NCBI RefSeq assembly: GCF_006345805.1
Contig: NC_043004.1
Coordinates: 93,682,001-93,746,000 of the forward strand
DNA: 64,000 nt
Direction of reading: 5' to 3'
DNA from: Octopus sinensis
Lineage: Eukaryota
Program-made: the position numbers and the translations under genes
Notes under the pieces: model-generated
Database searches by the model: none
The model's input: the letters and a program-made list of their open reading frames with translations, nothing else
Told to the model about the DNA's origin: nothing
Shown here: positions 1 to 9,781 of the stretch, in pieces
Numbering within the stretch: position 1 is the first letter of the stretch
Layout: every line of letters begins with the position of its first letter

Positions 1-342
1 ATATGTCTTTTCTTATTTAGTAAAGTAGAATGTGATTTGAAGAAGATTTGGTAGCTACTTCTAGCAGGTCAAATGATTATAGCGAAGTTCCCTTGTTAAC
101 TGAAGAATTCTTAAGGTGAGGCTGCTAGGACTTATGTTGTATTTCTGAAGTATTAAAAAAATGAAACAACAAAAGAAGAGAGTGTTATTCTATAGACATC
201 TCTTCATAATACTAAAAGTGGTTTATAACTCAGGCACAAGCTCATAGTGAAATAGGAACACAGAACACAAAAGACAAAATGTAATGAAGTACTGGAAAAG
301 ATTTTGTCCAGTGCTCTATCAATCTTGCCATATGTTAGCCTA

Positions 343-645
343 TCATCATCATCATCGTTTAACGTGTTTTCCATGCTAGCATGGGTTGGATGGTTCGACC
401 GGGATCTGGGAAGCCAGAAGGCTGCATCAGGCTCCAGTCTGATCTGGCAGTGTTTCTACAGCTGGATGCCCTTCCTAATGCCAACCACTCTGTGAGTGTA
501 GTGGGTGTTTTTTACGTGCCAGGCAAGGCTAGCAATGGCCACGATTGGATTGGTGCTTTTTACGTGCCATCGGCACAGAAGCCAGTCAAGGCAGTGCTGG
601 CATCGGCCACGTTCGGATGGTGCTTTTTACATGCTACTGGCATGG
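343..645 (-). mobile_element. Truncated RTE 3'-UTR/tail copy, directly following the 5S copy
   Basis: Matches 35770-36050; (GAT)n tail at the left end. Confidence 0.9.
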
Positions 646-662
646 AAAAAACAATGTGTTAC

Positions 663-780
663 GCTTACTGCACCTAGGTTTCCCAAGCGGTCACCCATCT
701 AAGTACTGACTAGGCTCAAAGTTGCATAACTTCCGTGATCAGACGAGAACCAGTGCTTTCAACGTGATATGGCTGTAAGC
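663..780 (-). pseudogene. Full-length 5S rRNA copy, probably a pseudogene
   Basis: Minus strand reads GCTTACAGCCATATCACGTTGAAAGCACTGGTTCTCGTCTGATCACGGAAGTTATGCAAC...AGTACTTAGATGGGTGACCGCTTGGGAAACCTAGGTGCAGTAAGC (118 nt). A- and C-box regions are recognisable. Several CpG-type changes, a helix I mismatch, and a solitary intronic position. Confidence 0.9.
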
Positions 781-1216
781 TAATGTATAATATTAATAAA
801 ACAAGCCTGAGTGTTATACTTTGTACAACCTCAACTATGGAACAAAAAGACAGTAACAATATCTTTAACACAATGAAATAAATTTGTATACGATGAAATA
901 TGCTCAATATTTCTGCACGACTTTCCCAAATCCTCAATTTGTGAATATGGTGTACAGAATTTTTATATTGCTTTCTCAGATGTCTCTGATTATTTCATAT
1001 GCATACTCCATTAAGTAAATAAGCTACTGTAATGTTTTTGAATTTAAAAATATCTAATTTTATTAAAATTTATCTTCCGCATTATTAATAAAAACTTGAA
1101 GGCAGCAAGCTGGCAGAATCAAAAACACGTTGAGTAAAATGTTTAGTAACATTTCCACTGTCTTTATATATGTGTATATAAAAGGGGGAAAGACCATTAC
1201 ACACTTTACTCTAGAA

Positions 1217-1576
1217 ATCATCATCATCGTTTAGCGTCCGCTTTCCATGCTAGCATGGGTTGGACGGTTCAACTGGGGTCTGGGAAGCCAGAAGGCTGCA
1301 CCAAGCCCAGTCTGATCTGGCAATGTTTCTACGGCTGGATGCCCTTCCTAACGCCAACCACTCCGTGAGTGTAGTGGGTGCTTTTTACGTGCCAGACGAG
1401 TCTGGCAAATGGCCACGATCAGATGGTGCTTTTACGTGCCACCGGCACAGGGGCCAAGCGAGGCTGGCAACGGCTATGAACGGATGGTGCTTTTTACATG
1501 CCACCGGCACGAGGCCAGTTGGGGCGGCGCTGGCAACGGCCACGTTCGGATGGTTCTCTTAGGTGCCACTGGCACT
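1217..1576 (-). mobile_element. Truncated RTE 3'-UTR/tail copy
   Basis: Same family; GGCACGTAAAAAGCACC units, aggaagggcatccagc motif and (GAT)n tail. Confidence 0.9.
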
Positions 1577-1670
1577 GATATTACTGCTGCAATTTCCATT
1601 GATGCTGATCGAATAATCTCTGATAAAATTGAAAAAAAAATAAAACACATAAACTCAAAATGTGACATAC

Positions 1671-1820
1671 CCGAACCACAAGGAAAACATCAGGGGAAGG
1701 GTATGTAAGACTGAATATAGCACTCTGGCTTCGTGTTGACCGGTCTTTGTGGGGTACATGCATGTTTATCATTCGGTTATTGGACTCTGTGTTCATATCG
1801 AAGTAGAAGTTTTCAGATAT
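1671..1820 (-). CDS. DOCK7: DOCK7-like exon H: ISENFYFDMNTESNNRMINMHVPHKDRSTRSQSAIFSLTYPSPDVFLVVR; gene continues off the left edge
   Basis: Acceptor ttttgcag|, donor |gtatgt; 150 nt. ISENFYFD.N and SAIFS.TYPS.DVFLV match DOCK7. Confidence 0.96.
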
Positions 1821-2386
1821 CTGCAAAATATGAAACATTAATTAGTTTGTCGGCGGCAGTGGCATGGGTTAGACAATTTGACTGGAGCTAATAAAAATGG
1901 AGAGTTGCAACAGGTTCCAGTCTGATTTGGCATTATTTCTACAGCTGGATGCCCTTCCTAACACCAATCACTCCAGGAGTGTAATGGGTGCTTTTACGTA
2001 CCACTGGCACGGGTGCCATGGCACCATACTGGCCATGACTACAATGGCACTGGCAGTGACCACGACTATGATTCATGGGTGCCCTTTACATGGTACTGGC
2101 AATGACTCACAGGTACCATTTACATGGTACCATCAACAACCATGACTACAACTTACGGATGCCATTTACATGGGACCAACATGGCCATGTAAATGCATAA
2201 ATCGGAAAGATTAAAAAAAAATTTTCTCAGAGTTTGAGAATACATCAGAAGTGAACAGTTGCTGATTTTTTTGTAAGTTTTGGTTAATTAATATGCATGT
2301 GCATGTTTGCACATACAAAAACACATGCAAGCAAGTATACAAACAACACACACAGAATATCAATGATATGAATGCTGATGAAGTAC

Positions 2387-2453
2387 CTTTTTCTTTTCTT
2401 TAGCATCATAAAGTGCCAGAGATACAAAAATAGGCTCAATATCAAGTTCAAGT
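2387..2453 (-). CDS. DOCK7: DOCK7-like exon G: LELDIEPIFVSLALYDAKEKKK
   Basis: Acceptor cttttcag|, donor |gtactt; 67 nt. IEP.F.SLALYD.KE.KK is the conserved DOCK-C/D motif. Confidence 0.95.
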
Positions 2454-2512
2454 CTGAAAAGAGAAAAATACATCACATAAGTGAGACATCTGACTGACTG
2501 ACACACGCACAT

Positions 2513-2546
<34 letters not shown>

Positions 2547-2665
2547 AGTCCACCAAAAAGATGTATACACACTTCAGGAAAAGAAAATCTGTATAAATAT
2601 TTAATTCAGTGTTATCGCAACTTGATAAAATAATGGAAGAGGTATTTATACGTATAGAGGTAATT

Positions 2666-2835
2666 ATGCAAGAGTGGCTGTGTGGTAAGTAGCTTGTTTA
2701 CCAACCACATGGTTCCGGGTTCAGTCCCACTGCGTGGCATCTTGGGCAAGTGTCTTCTACTATAGCCTCGGGCCAACCAAAGCCTTGTGAGTGGATTTGG
2801 TAGGCGGAAACTGAAAGAAGCCCGTCGTATATATG

Positions 2836-2866
<31 letters not shown>

Positions 2867-3077
2867 TTGTGTGTCTGTGTTTGTCTCCCTAGCATTGCTT
2901 GACAACCGATGCTGGTGTGTTTATGTCCCCGTTCCTTAGCGGTTCGGCAAAAGAGACCGATAGAATAAGTACTGGGCTTACAAAGAATAAGTCCCGGGGT
3001 CGAGTTGCTCGATTAAAGACGGTGCTCCAGCATGGCCGCAGTCAAATGACTGAAACAAGTAAAAGAGTAAAAGAGTA
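2666..3077 (+). mobile_element. SINE family A (tRNA-derived head, CORE-like body, internal (TA/TG)n, (GTAAAAGA)n tail)
   Basis: A-box TGGCTGTGTGG, B-box GGTTCAGTCCC, ccttgggcaagtg CORE-like motif; many near-identical copies in the window. Confidence 0.88.
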
Positions 3078-3221
3078 TACAGGTTTCTCCTTTCCTGAAG
3101 TGTGTATACATTTTTTTTTGCCTGACTCTGTATATACATACATACATGATGCAAGAATTCTTCAAAACTGACCAACAATTAAGGAAAGGGACAGGCTTAT
3201 TGCCTGTAGATAAGAGGACAG

Positions 3222-3266
3222 TTGTGGATACATGTTTCTGGCTTAATAGCCTTCATCAGCACAGCA
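3222..3266 (-). ncRNA. Minimal type I hammerhead ribozyme motif (Penelope-like element type), core intact
   Basis: Minus strand: tgtg CTGATGA a GGCT atta AGCC a GAAA CATGT A tccaca. 4-bp helix II, palindromic ACATGT helix III, GUA triplet, imperfect helix I. Confidence 0.65.
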
Positions 3267-3361
3267 TTTAGCTGACCTTATCTCCAGCAGCCAAAGGACT
3301 TAGACTTGTACAAAACAGAATAGCAAACAGTTATGGCCTAGGTAATTTGCTTCATTTAAAC

Positions 3362-3686
3362 CAGCAGTTTTCAGTTGGGGTCCATATAAGATTTGGTGTG
3401 GGGGCAAGGGACCACACAACAAATTAGTAAATTGTCCATAATAGTATTTTAAGGGCCCCTGAAAAAATTTTGCTTTAGATTTATATATTGGTATGTATTG
3501 TAAGAAACAGAGAGGTTTCTTTCTCTTACATTTTACATAGTTCAGCTTACACAAATTAATGTGTGAAAAACAAAATAGGTATTTTAAAAGACATTTCTAT
3601 AAAACTGTTTTTTTTAAACATCAAATGTCCAAGAAGAAAATAGTAATCAAAGGGGTCCATAGATAAAAAAATGTTTGGGAACCCCT
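3362..3686. mobile_element. Decayed hAT-type MITE; partial relative at about 18930-19040
   Basis: Ends cagcagttttcagttggggtcc / gtttgggaacccct(t)g resemble CAGGGGTTCCCAA TIRs. Confidence 0.5.
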
Positions 3687-4203
3687 TGTTAAATAAAAAT
3701 GGGCTAAGAGAAATAACTCAGAGTAGCCAATGGCATGTATTTGAATAACATAGACAAATACTGGTATGTTAAATACCTTACAACAAAAATTATGGATATA
3801 TCAAAATTATATCCACCACTAGAGGATGCACACATTAAAAACCCAGAGGGCATAGGTGTAATTTAGTCAGTTAAATTCATGTGGATGCTACAAAGAAAGA
3901 TATACAATCTTAATATTGATTTCAAATTTTGGCACAAGGCCAGCAATTTCAGGGATAAATTGATTAGATTGCATTGACCCAGCACTCAACTGGTATTTAT
4001 TTTATTGACACCGAAAGGATGAAAAGCAAAGTTGACCTCAGTGGAAATTGAACTCAGAAGATAAAGATGGGTGAAATGTCACTAAACATTTTGCCCGATG
4101 TGCTAATGATTCTGCCAGCTCGGTGCCTTCAAAGCAATAACGAATTTTGGAGGGGGATTAAAATCAATTAAATCAGCTCCAATACTTGACTGGTATTTTA
4201 TTT

Positions 4204-4368
4204 ACGGAGTGGTTGGCGTTAGGAAGGGCATCCAGCCGTAGAAACACTGCCAGATTTGACTGGGCCTGATGAAGCCTTCTGGCTTCACAGACCCCAGTAG
4301 AACCGTCCAACCCATGCTAGCATGGAAAACGGACGCTAAATGATGATGATGATGATGATGATGATGAT
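4204..4368 (+). mobile_element. Short RTE tail copy
   Basis: Terminal part of the family plus (GAT)n. Confidence 0.9.
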
Positions 4369-4831
4369 TCCAGAAGCCTGAAGAGCAAAGTTGATTCTGG
4401 CAACATTTGAATTTGTATAAACATCTTTAATATTAATAAAAGATAAAACAAAAACACTGTCTACACAAAAGACAGGAAGGTCATGGGTGGAATGATTTTG
4501 ATTATCTACACTGCCGAATACCTTGTGAGTGAATTTGATAGATGGAAGCTGATGGAGGCTGTGTGAAAGCCCATCATGCAATATATATGTGTGTGAGCAT
4601 GTCTCCGTCCCCACCCCTAACCACCATTTGAGAAATGATGCAGGTTTGTTTCAGTCCCCATAACTTAGCAGTTTAGCAAAAGAGACCGACAGAATACATA
4701 GCAGACTTAAAAATAAGTACTGGAGTCAATCTGTTTGACTCAACTCATCAATGGGATATTCCAGTATAGCCACAGTTCAATGATTGAAACAAGTAACAAA
4801 GGATAAGGATAAAGATATTCTTAAGAATTAC

Positions 4832-4917
4832 TTCATTTGGAAAACTTTGATTAGGATTCTGTGCCCAAAATGTTCTCGGGGTATTTCTGGGATCATTCTT
4901 CTAGCAGTGAGTTCATC
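4832..4917 (-). CDS. DOCK7: DOCK7-like exon F: DELTARRMIPEIPREHFGHRILIKVFQM(K)
   Basis: Acceptor gttttag|, donor |gtaatt; 86 nt. P.EHFG.R.L.K motif of DOCK-C. Not shown in the ORF track. Confidence 0.93.
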
Positions 4918-5429
4918 CTAAAAACAGAATAAGAAGATAATGAAGTATAATCCAAATGTGTTTTTTTTTTTGGCAGTATTTCAATACTGCACAAATATTA
5001 ATTATGCATTTTACATACAAAAATTTACATAAATAAGCTGCAATACATTCCATTTAATTTTATACTAATAAATTTGTCAGATTAACACCTGTGACTGTAC
5101 AATGCAGTGTTTATTACCAATATATATCCATGCTAAATTTAATATGTCAGGTGGAAGCTATACCTCCGTCTGAAAACTGAAGCAATAAGCGTGTGAGATA
5201 AGTTACAGAAGTGTCACTTTATAGTGAACTAAAATTACTTGATTTGCAACCAGTGTTATTATTTTTTCTGCAAAGCTAAAAATATTTTAAGGATATGAAT
5301 ATTCATGTTTGTTAACTTTGCTGTTACACACTGTTATGTATATGTCTAAATGTATATATAAGCAATAAACACATACAAAATAATTTAACAAACCCAACAA
5401 ATCCAATATTAACATGTGTATGTGTCTAA

Positions 5430-5472
<43 letters not shown>

Positions 5473-6318
5473 GGAATAAATCCAAACTTAGTTTTGTGTT
5501 TTACTCTTTATCTTTATTTAAACTTTTAATACTTTTGATATTTAAAAAAAAAAAAAAATAATAAATAAAAAATAATTAATAAATAAAATAATATATAAAT
5601 ATAAAAATATACATACATACATATATATATATTTGTATATATATATATAAAATTTATAAGTTTAAATTATTTAAATAATTTTTTATTTTTAACTTTTATA
5701 TTTTTAAATTAATTTTATGTATTGGCTTATGTTTTTCACTGTTTGATTTGCCTAATAGTGGTTCTATCTCTAATTTAATATAATATATATATACACACAC
5801 ACACACCTTGCCAGATCAGACTGGAGCTTGGTACAACCTTGCCAGTCCTCAGTCAAACCATTCAACACATGTCAGCATGGAATGCTGTTAAACAACGACG
5901 ATGATGACACGCACACACATATATACATACACACACACATATATATGAATGTATTGTTCACAAACTGATTACAAATGGATAACACTTAATATATATTATA
6001 TGAATGTTTGAGCTATTAGTTTATAATTTACACACATATCCATACATATACATACACATGAGCACGCATGCACACACACGCAATCTGTAAAGTAGTTGGC
6101 TTTGGGAAGGACATTCAATTGTCGAATTCATGTCAAAGCAGACAATGGAGTTTGGCACAGCCCTTTGGCTTGCCAGCACCTGTCAATCTGTTGAAACCAT
6201 GCCAGCATAGGAAACAGACATTAAACAATGATGACGACGATGAAATATATATATATTTGCTCGACTAAAGGCGGTGCTCCAGCATGGCCGCAGTCAAATG
6301 ACTGAAACAAGTAAAAGA

Positions 6319-6365
<47 letters not shown>

Positions 6366-6371
<6 letters not shown>

Positions 6372-6567
6372 ATCCAAACATGAACAAAGAGAAAACACAA
6401 CGTGAGGACGTGGAACAAGTATAATGTTATTGGGCACTCAGGAAAGGAAAGAAAGAAGGAGGATTTAACATTTCGAGCAGAGCTCTTCGTCAGAAATATA
6501 GAAAAAGAAAAGGTCCAAAGAAGGGAAGACGGAGAAAGAAAATCACCAACGATACCCACGTGGTCAC
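6366..6567 (-). mobile_element. Probable Penelope-like element pseudo-LTR fragment carrying the 6463-6498 hammerhead
   Basis: Discrete CpG-retaining 200-nt block between (AT)n and (CA)n runs, containing a minimal hammerhead. Family assignment inferred from the known PLE-hammerhead association. Confidence 0.45.
6463..6498 (-). ncRNA. Minimal hammerhead motif with one helix III substitution
   Basis: Minus strand: attt CTGACGA a GAGC tct GCTC GAAA TGTT aaat. ACGT palindrome expected, ATGT seen; 4-bp helix I. Confidence 0.6.
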
Positions 6568-6583
6568 ACACACACACACACAT

Positions 6584-6943
6584 ATCCGTTTGCGACCGTT
6601 GCCAGCGCCGCCCCAACTGGCCTCGTGCCGGTGGCACGTAAAAAGCACCATCCGTTCGTGTCTGTTGCCAGCCTCGCCTGGCCCCCATGCCGGTGGCACA
6701 TAAAAAGCACCATCCGTTCGTGGCCGTTTGCCAGCTCTGTCTGGCACCTGTGCGGGTGGCACGTAAAAAGCACCCACTACACTCACGGAGTGGTTGGCGT
6801 TAGGAAGGGCATCCAGCCGTAGAAACACTGCCAGATCTGACTGGGCCTGATGAAGCCTTCTGGCTTCACAGACCCCAGTTGAACCGTCCAACCCATGCTA
6901 GCATGGAAAACGGACGCTAAACGATGATGATGATGATGATGAT
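6584..6943 (+). mobile_element. RTE 3'-UTR/tail copy
   Basis: Three GGCAC(G/A)TAAAAAGCACC units, terminal region, (GAT)n. Confidence 0.9.
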
Positions 6944-7111
6944 ATACCTTCGAAACACGCATTGAGTCGAACCAGGGGCAGCTGATGAAGGGGAATATTC
7001 CTTGTATTGTTTGTCTTGTACTCTGTTTTTTCGTTGTTAAAAAAGTCTGTTTCCTTGTTTGTTTTTATGTTTTCGTTTCTCGTGTTCTACATTTATTTGT
7101 GGTGTCCTGTA

Positions 7112-7157
<46 letters not shown>

Positions 7158-7237
7158 GCATGTATATATACATATAGATGTAGGTATGTACATAAATGTA
7201 TGTATGTATGCATATGTTTTATTTGTTAAATTGTTAT

Positions 7238-7268
<31 letters not shown>

Positions 7269-7522
7269 TCACCCATACTTACATATGCACAAAGTTATTT
7301 ATACACACATATATGCAATATACAAATAGACACAAAGGTACTTGAAGGGACACGCAGATCAATAAGAAGCTACAGCAGCATGACATCAAACAACAATTTC
7401 GATGACAAGTAGTGATTACATACACACGGGTGGCCTACACACACACACACACACGCCACTCATTAAGCATATCCCTGTAGTGTAAACATAAAACAGTGAT
7501 GACATAGCTAACATGTACTGAC

Positions 7523-7738
7523 CTCATCTTGTGATGGGTACAAACTAAAAAGGGAGTTTTGTCTGCATTGTTTTCGCTGAGACTCGTTGTTGCGGTCAAC
7601 CTCTTCGGCAGGGATCCGTTCCAGAATTGGTTCTACCAGACGATCAGCCTGGGACTGCTTCAGATCAAATATACTGCTGGCCCAACTACCACGAGGAGTT
7701 TCATTCATCTGCATTGACTGACGCTTTGGCGTGCTGTC
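7523..7738 (-). CDS. DOCK7: DOCK7-like exon E: DSTPKRQSMQMNETPRGSWASSIFDLKQSQADRLVEPILERIPAEEVDRNNESQRKQCRQNSLFSLYPSQDE
   Basis: Acceptor atttcag|, donor |gtcagt; 216 nt, phase 0-0. TPRGSWA.SIFDL is characteristic of DOCK6/7/8. Confidence 0.96.
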
Positions 7739-8254
7739 CTGAAATGTCACAAAAGAAGACAAAGTATCATAAGATTGAATTCAGTAAAGATTCAGAGATT
7801 CAGCACTACACGAGACAACTAATTTCATGTTGCATTATATTGTAATACACCAGGAATCAAACCATAGGCATCCGTATCTTAAGATTTGATTTTTGTTAAA
7901 CATGTAATTGAAATAGCTTTAGCTCATTAGCATTCAGATTACTCTGTCAACTATAATGCTCATTTATCCACATTGTTTCAAATTAATCATGCATTACCCC
8001 ATAGCTTCAATAGTTCATTCATGTGACTATTTCTATAATAACATGCTAGGGTAAGTGTGAGAGGTCAGATCTGGCCAATTTGAACATAAAACAGGTAAAA
8101 TATTTGTGTTGGTTTTGGCCTGCTAAGATGCTAAAGATTAAATATCAATGTGAATAGTGTTATGACATGTATACATAAAATGGTAAAAGCTGTAATATTT
8201 TGTCTCATAGAAATATCTTAAAAACTACATGGCTTTGCTCAGAATGCCACTAGA

Positions 8255-8300
8255 TCACCAGACATGGTATCTTGACCTAATTTGGTCTCCTCAGTGATGA
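8255..8300 (-). ncRNA. Decayed type I hammerhead motif
   Basis: Minus strand: tcatca CTGAGGA GACC aaatta GGTC AAGA taccat GTC tggtga. 6-bp helix I and 4-bp helix II intact; GAAA changed to AAGA. Confidence 0.5.
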
Positions 8301-8565
8301 GTACCCCAGATGTTCTGAGTTAAGCCTGTGCTCAAAGCCTGCAGTGCTGTGCTGAAATCTCAGACAGAAGATGAGACTTTACAATGTTGAGTCTTTGTTT
8401 CTTGGAGTATGTTTTGCTGTGATATATCATCAGACAAAGGATATGATCTGTGTATAACTAAACAGATAAATAAAATACATATCTATTAAAAACAAAAGAT
8501 GAAGTTACTGTCTCCATCCCATCCCATATATTCACATATGGTTGTACTAGAATCTAAATTCTCAC

Positions 8566-8680
8566 CTTGTCCTGTTCCACCAGGCTATCTTCCACATCAA
8601 TCTCATATTCCTGTTGAATAATGTTTTCATTGTCAGGAAGCCGTTCTTTGTTACAGACACTGAAACTGTACTTCTCTTGT
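8566..8680 (-). CDS. DOCK7: DOCK7-like exon D: QEKYSFSVCNKERLPDNENIIQQEYEIDVEDSLVEQDK
   Basis: Acceptor ctttcag|, donor |gtgag; 115 nt; phases fit exons C and E. QEYEID resembles the DOCK-C Q.FE.D motif. Confidence 0.85.
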
Positions 8681-8839
8681 CTGAAAGTATTAACGATTTA
8701 AATAAACAAACACACAGGGAAAATCAAAATCAAATGAAGTGAGGATTTACAATTGTGTTACAAAATCTGCTGAGGATAGAAAGGGGTAGGGAGCTAACTC
8801 TACTGGAAATATTATACAATACAGAATTATATCCATGTG

Positions 8840-9218
8840 AAGGCGCAATGGCCCAGTGGTTAGGGCAGCGGACTTGCGGTCGTAGGATCGCGGTTTCGAT
8901 TCCCAAACCGGGCGTTGTGAGTGTTTATTGAGCGAAAACACCTAAAGCTCCACGAAGCTCCGGCAGGGATGGTGGTGATCCCTGCTGTACTCTTTCACCA
9001 CAACTTTCTCTCACTCTTACTTCCTGTTTCTGTTGTACCTGTATTTCAAAGGGCCGGCCTTGTCACTCTCTGTGTCATGCTGAATATCCCCAAGAACTAC
9101 GTTGAGGGTACACGTGTCTGTGGAGTGCTCAGCCACTTACACGTTAATTTCATGAGCAGGCTGTTCCGTTGATTGGATCAACCGGAACCCTCGCCGTCGG
9201 AACCGACGGAGTGCTTCC
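8840..9218 (+). mobile_element. SINE family B (tRNA-like head GGCGCAATGGCCCAGTGGTTAGGGCAGCGGAC) with an 11-bp TSD
   Basis: A and B boxes present; TSD atatccatgtg at 8829-8839 and 9219-9229. Confidence 0.88.
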
Positions 9219-9375
9219 ATATCCATGTGCTGCATGACAAAATAACGACTAACCTCTTAGTCAGGTAACTTCATTGATATATGAAGAAATATGAGAAATA
9301 TGAAGAAATAGGAGAAAGAGTCACAGTGGTTGTGTATATAACTTATTAAGAGAAATGTTTATTTACAAATATACA

Positions 9376-9781
9376 TGGCCTCGTGCTGGTGGCACGTAAA
9401 AAGCACAATCCATTCGTGGCCGTTGCTGGCCTCGCCTGGCCCCCGTGCCGGTGGCACGTAAAAAGCACCATCCGTTCGTGGCTGTTGCCAGTGTCGCCTG
9501 GCCCCCGTGCTGGTGGCATGTAAAAAGCACCATCTGATCGAGGCCGTTTGCCAGCTTCGTCTGGCACCTGTGCCGGTGGCACGTAAAATGCACCCACTAC
9601 ACTCATGGAGTGGTTGGCGTTAGGAAGGGCATCCAGCCGTAGAAACATTGCCAGATCAGACTGGGCCTGGTGCAGCCTTCTGGCTTCCCAGACCCCAGTT
9701 GCACCGTCCAACCCATGCTAGCATGAAAAGTGGACGCTAAACGATGATGATGATGATGATGATGATGATGATAATGATGAT
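9376..9781 (+). mobile_element. RTE 3'-UTR/tail copy
   Basis: Four internal units, terminal region, (GAT)n. Confidence 0.9.

Noticed and set aside
4265-4290. CTGATGA-AGCC-TTCT-GGCT in RTE tail copies (also at 6846)
   Set aside because: No GAAA follows; it is a subfamily variant of ctggtgcagccttctggct.
5500-5730. Almost G/C-free block that might be a fold-back or special element
   Set aside because: No consistent inverted or tandem structure found; low-complexity or low-quality sequence is more likely.
6944-7010. Scrambled hammerhead-like words on the plus strand (cttcGAAAc...GTC...CTGATGAaggggaatattcc)
   Set aside because: Helix I cannot form between GTC and CTGATGA, and no GAAA follows the downstream hairpin. 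It could be a permuted PLE fragment, but this is not supportable.
8291-8365. C/D-box snoRNA-like TGATGA...CTGA on the plus strand
   Set aside because: It is antisense to the host gene, lacks a proper terminal stem, and the TGATGA is explained as helix I of the minus-strand hammerhead relic.
8840-8915. tRNA-like sequences at SINE heads (also 41640-41713 and family A heads)
   Set aside because: They continue into SINE bodies and tails with TSDs and lack a complete acceptor stem and terminator; they are not tRNA genes.
9376-9610. CRISPR-like array of a conserved GGCACGTAAAAAGCACC repeat with spacers
   Set aside because: Eukaryotic intron, the spacers are homologous to each other, there are no cas genes, and it is part of the LINE 3' UTR.
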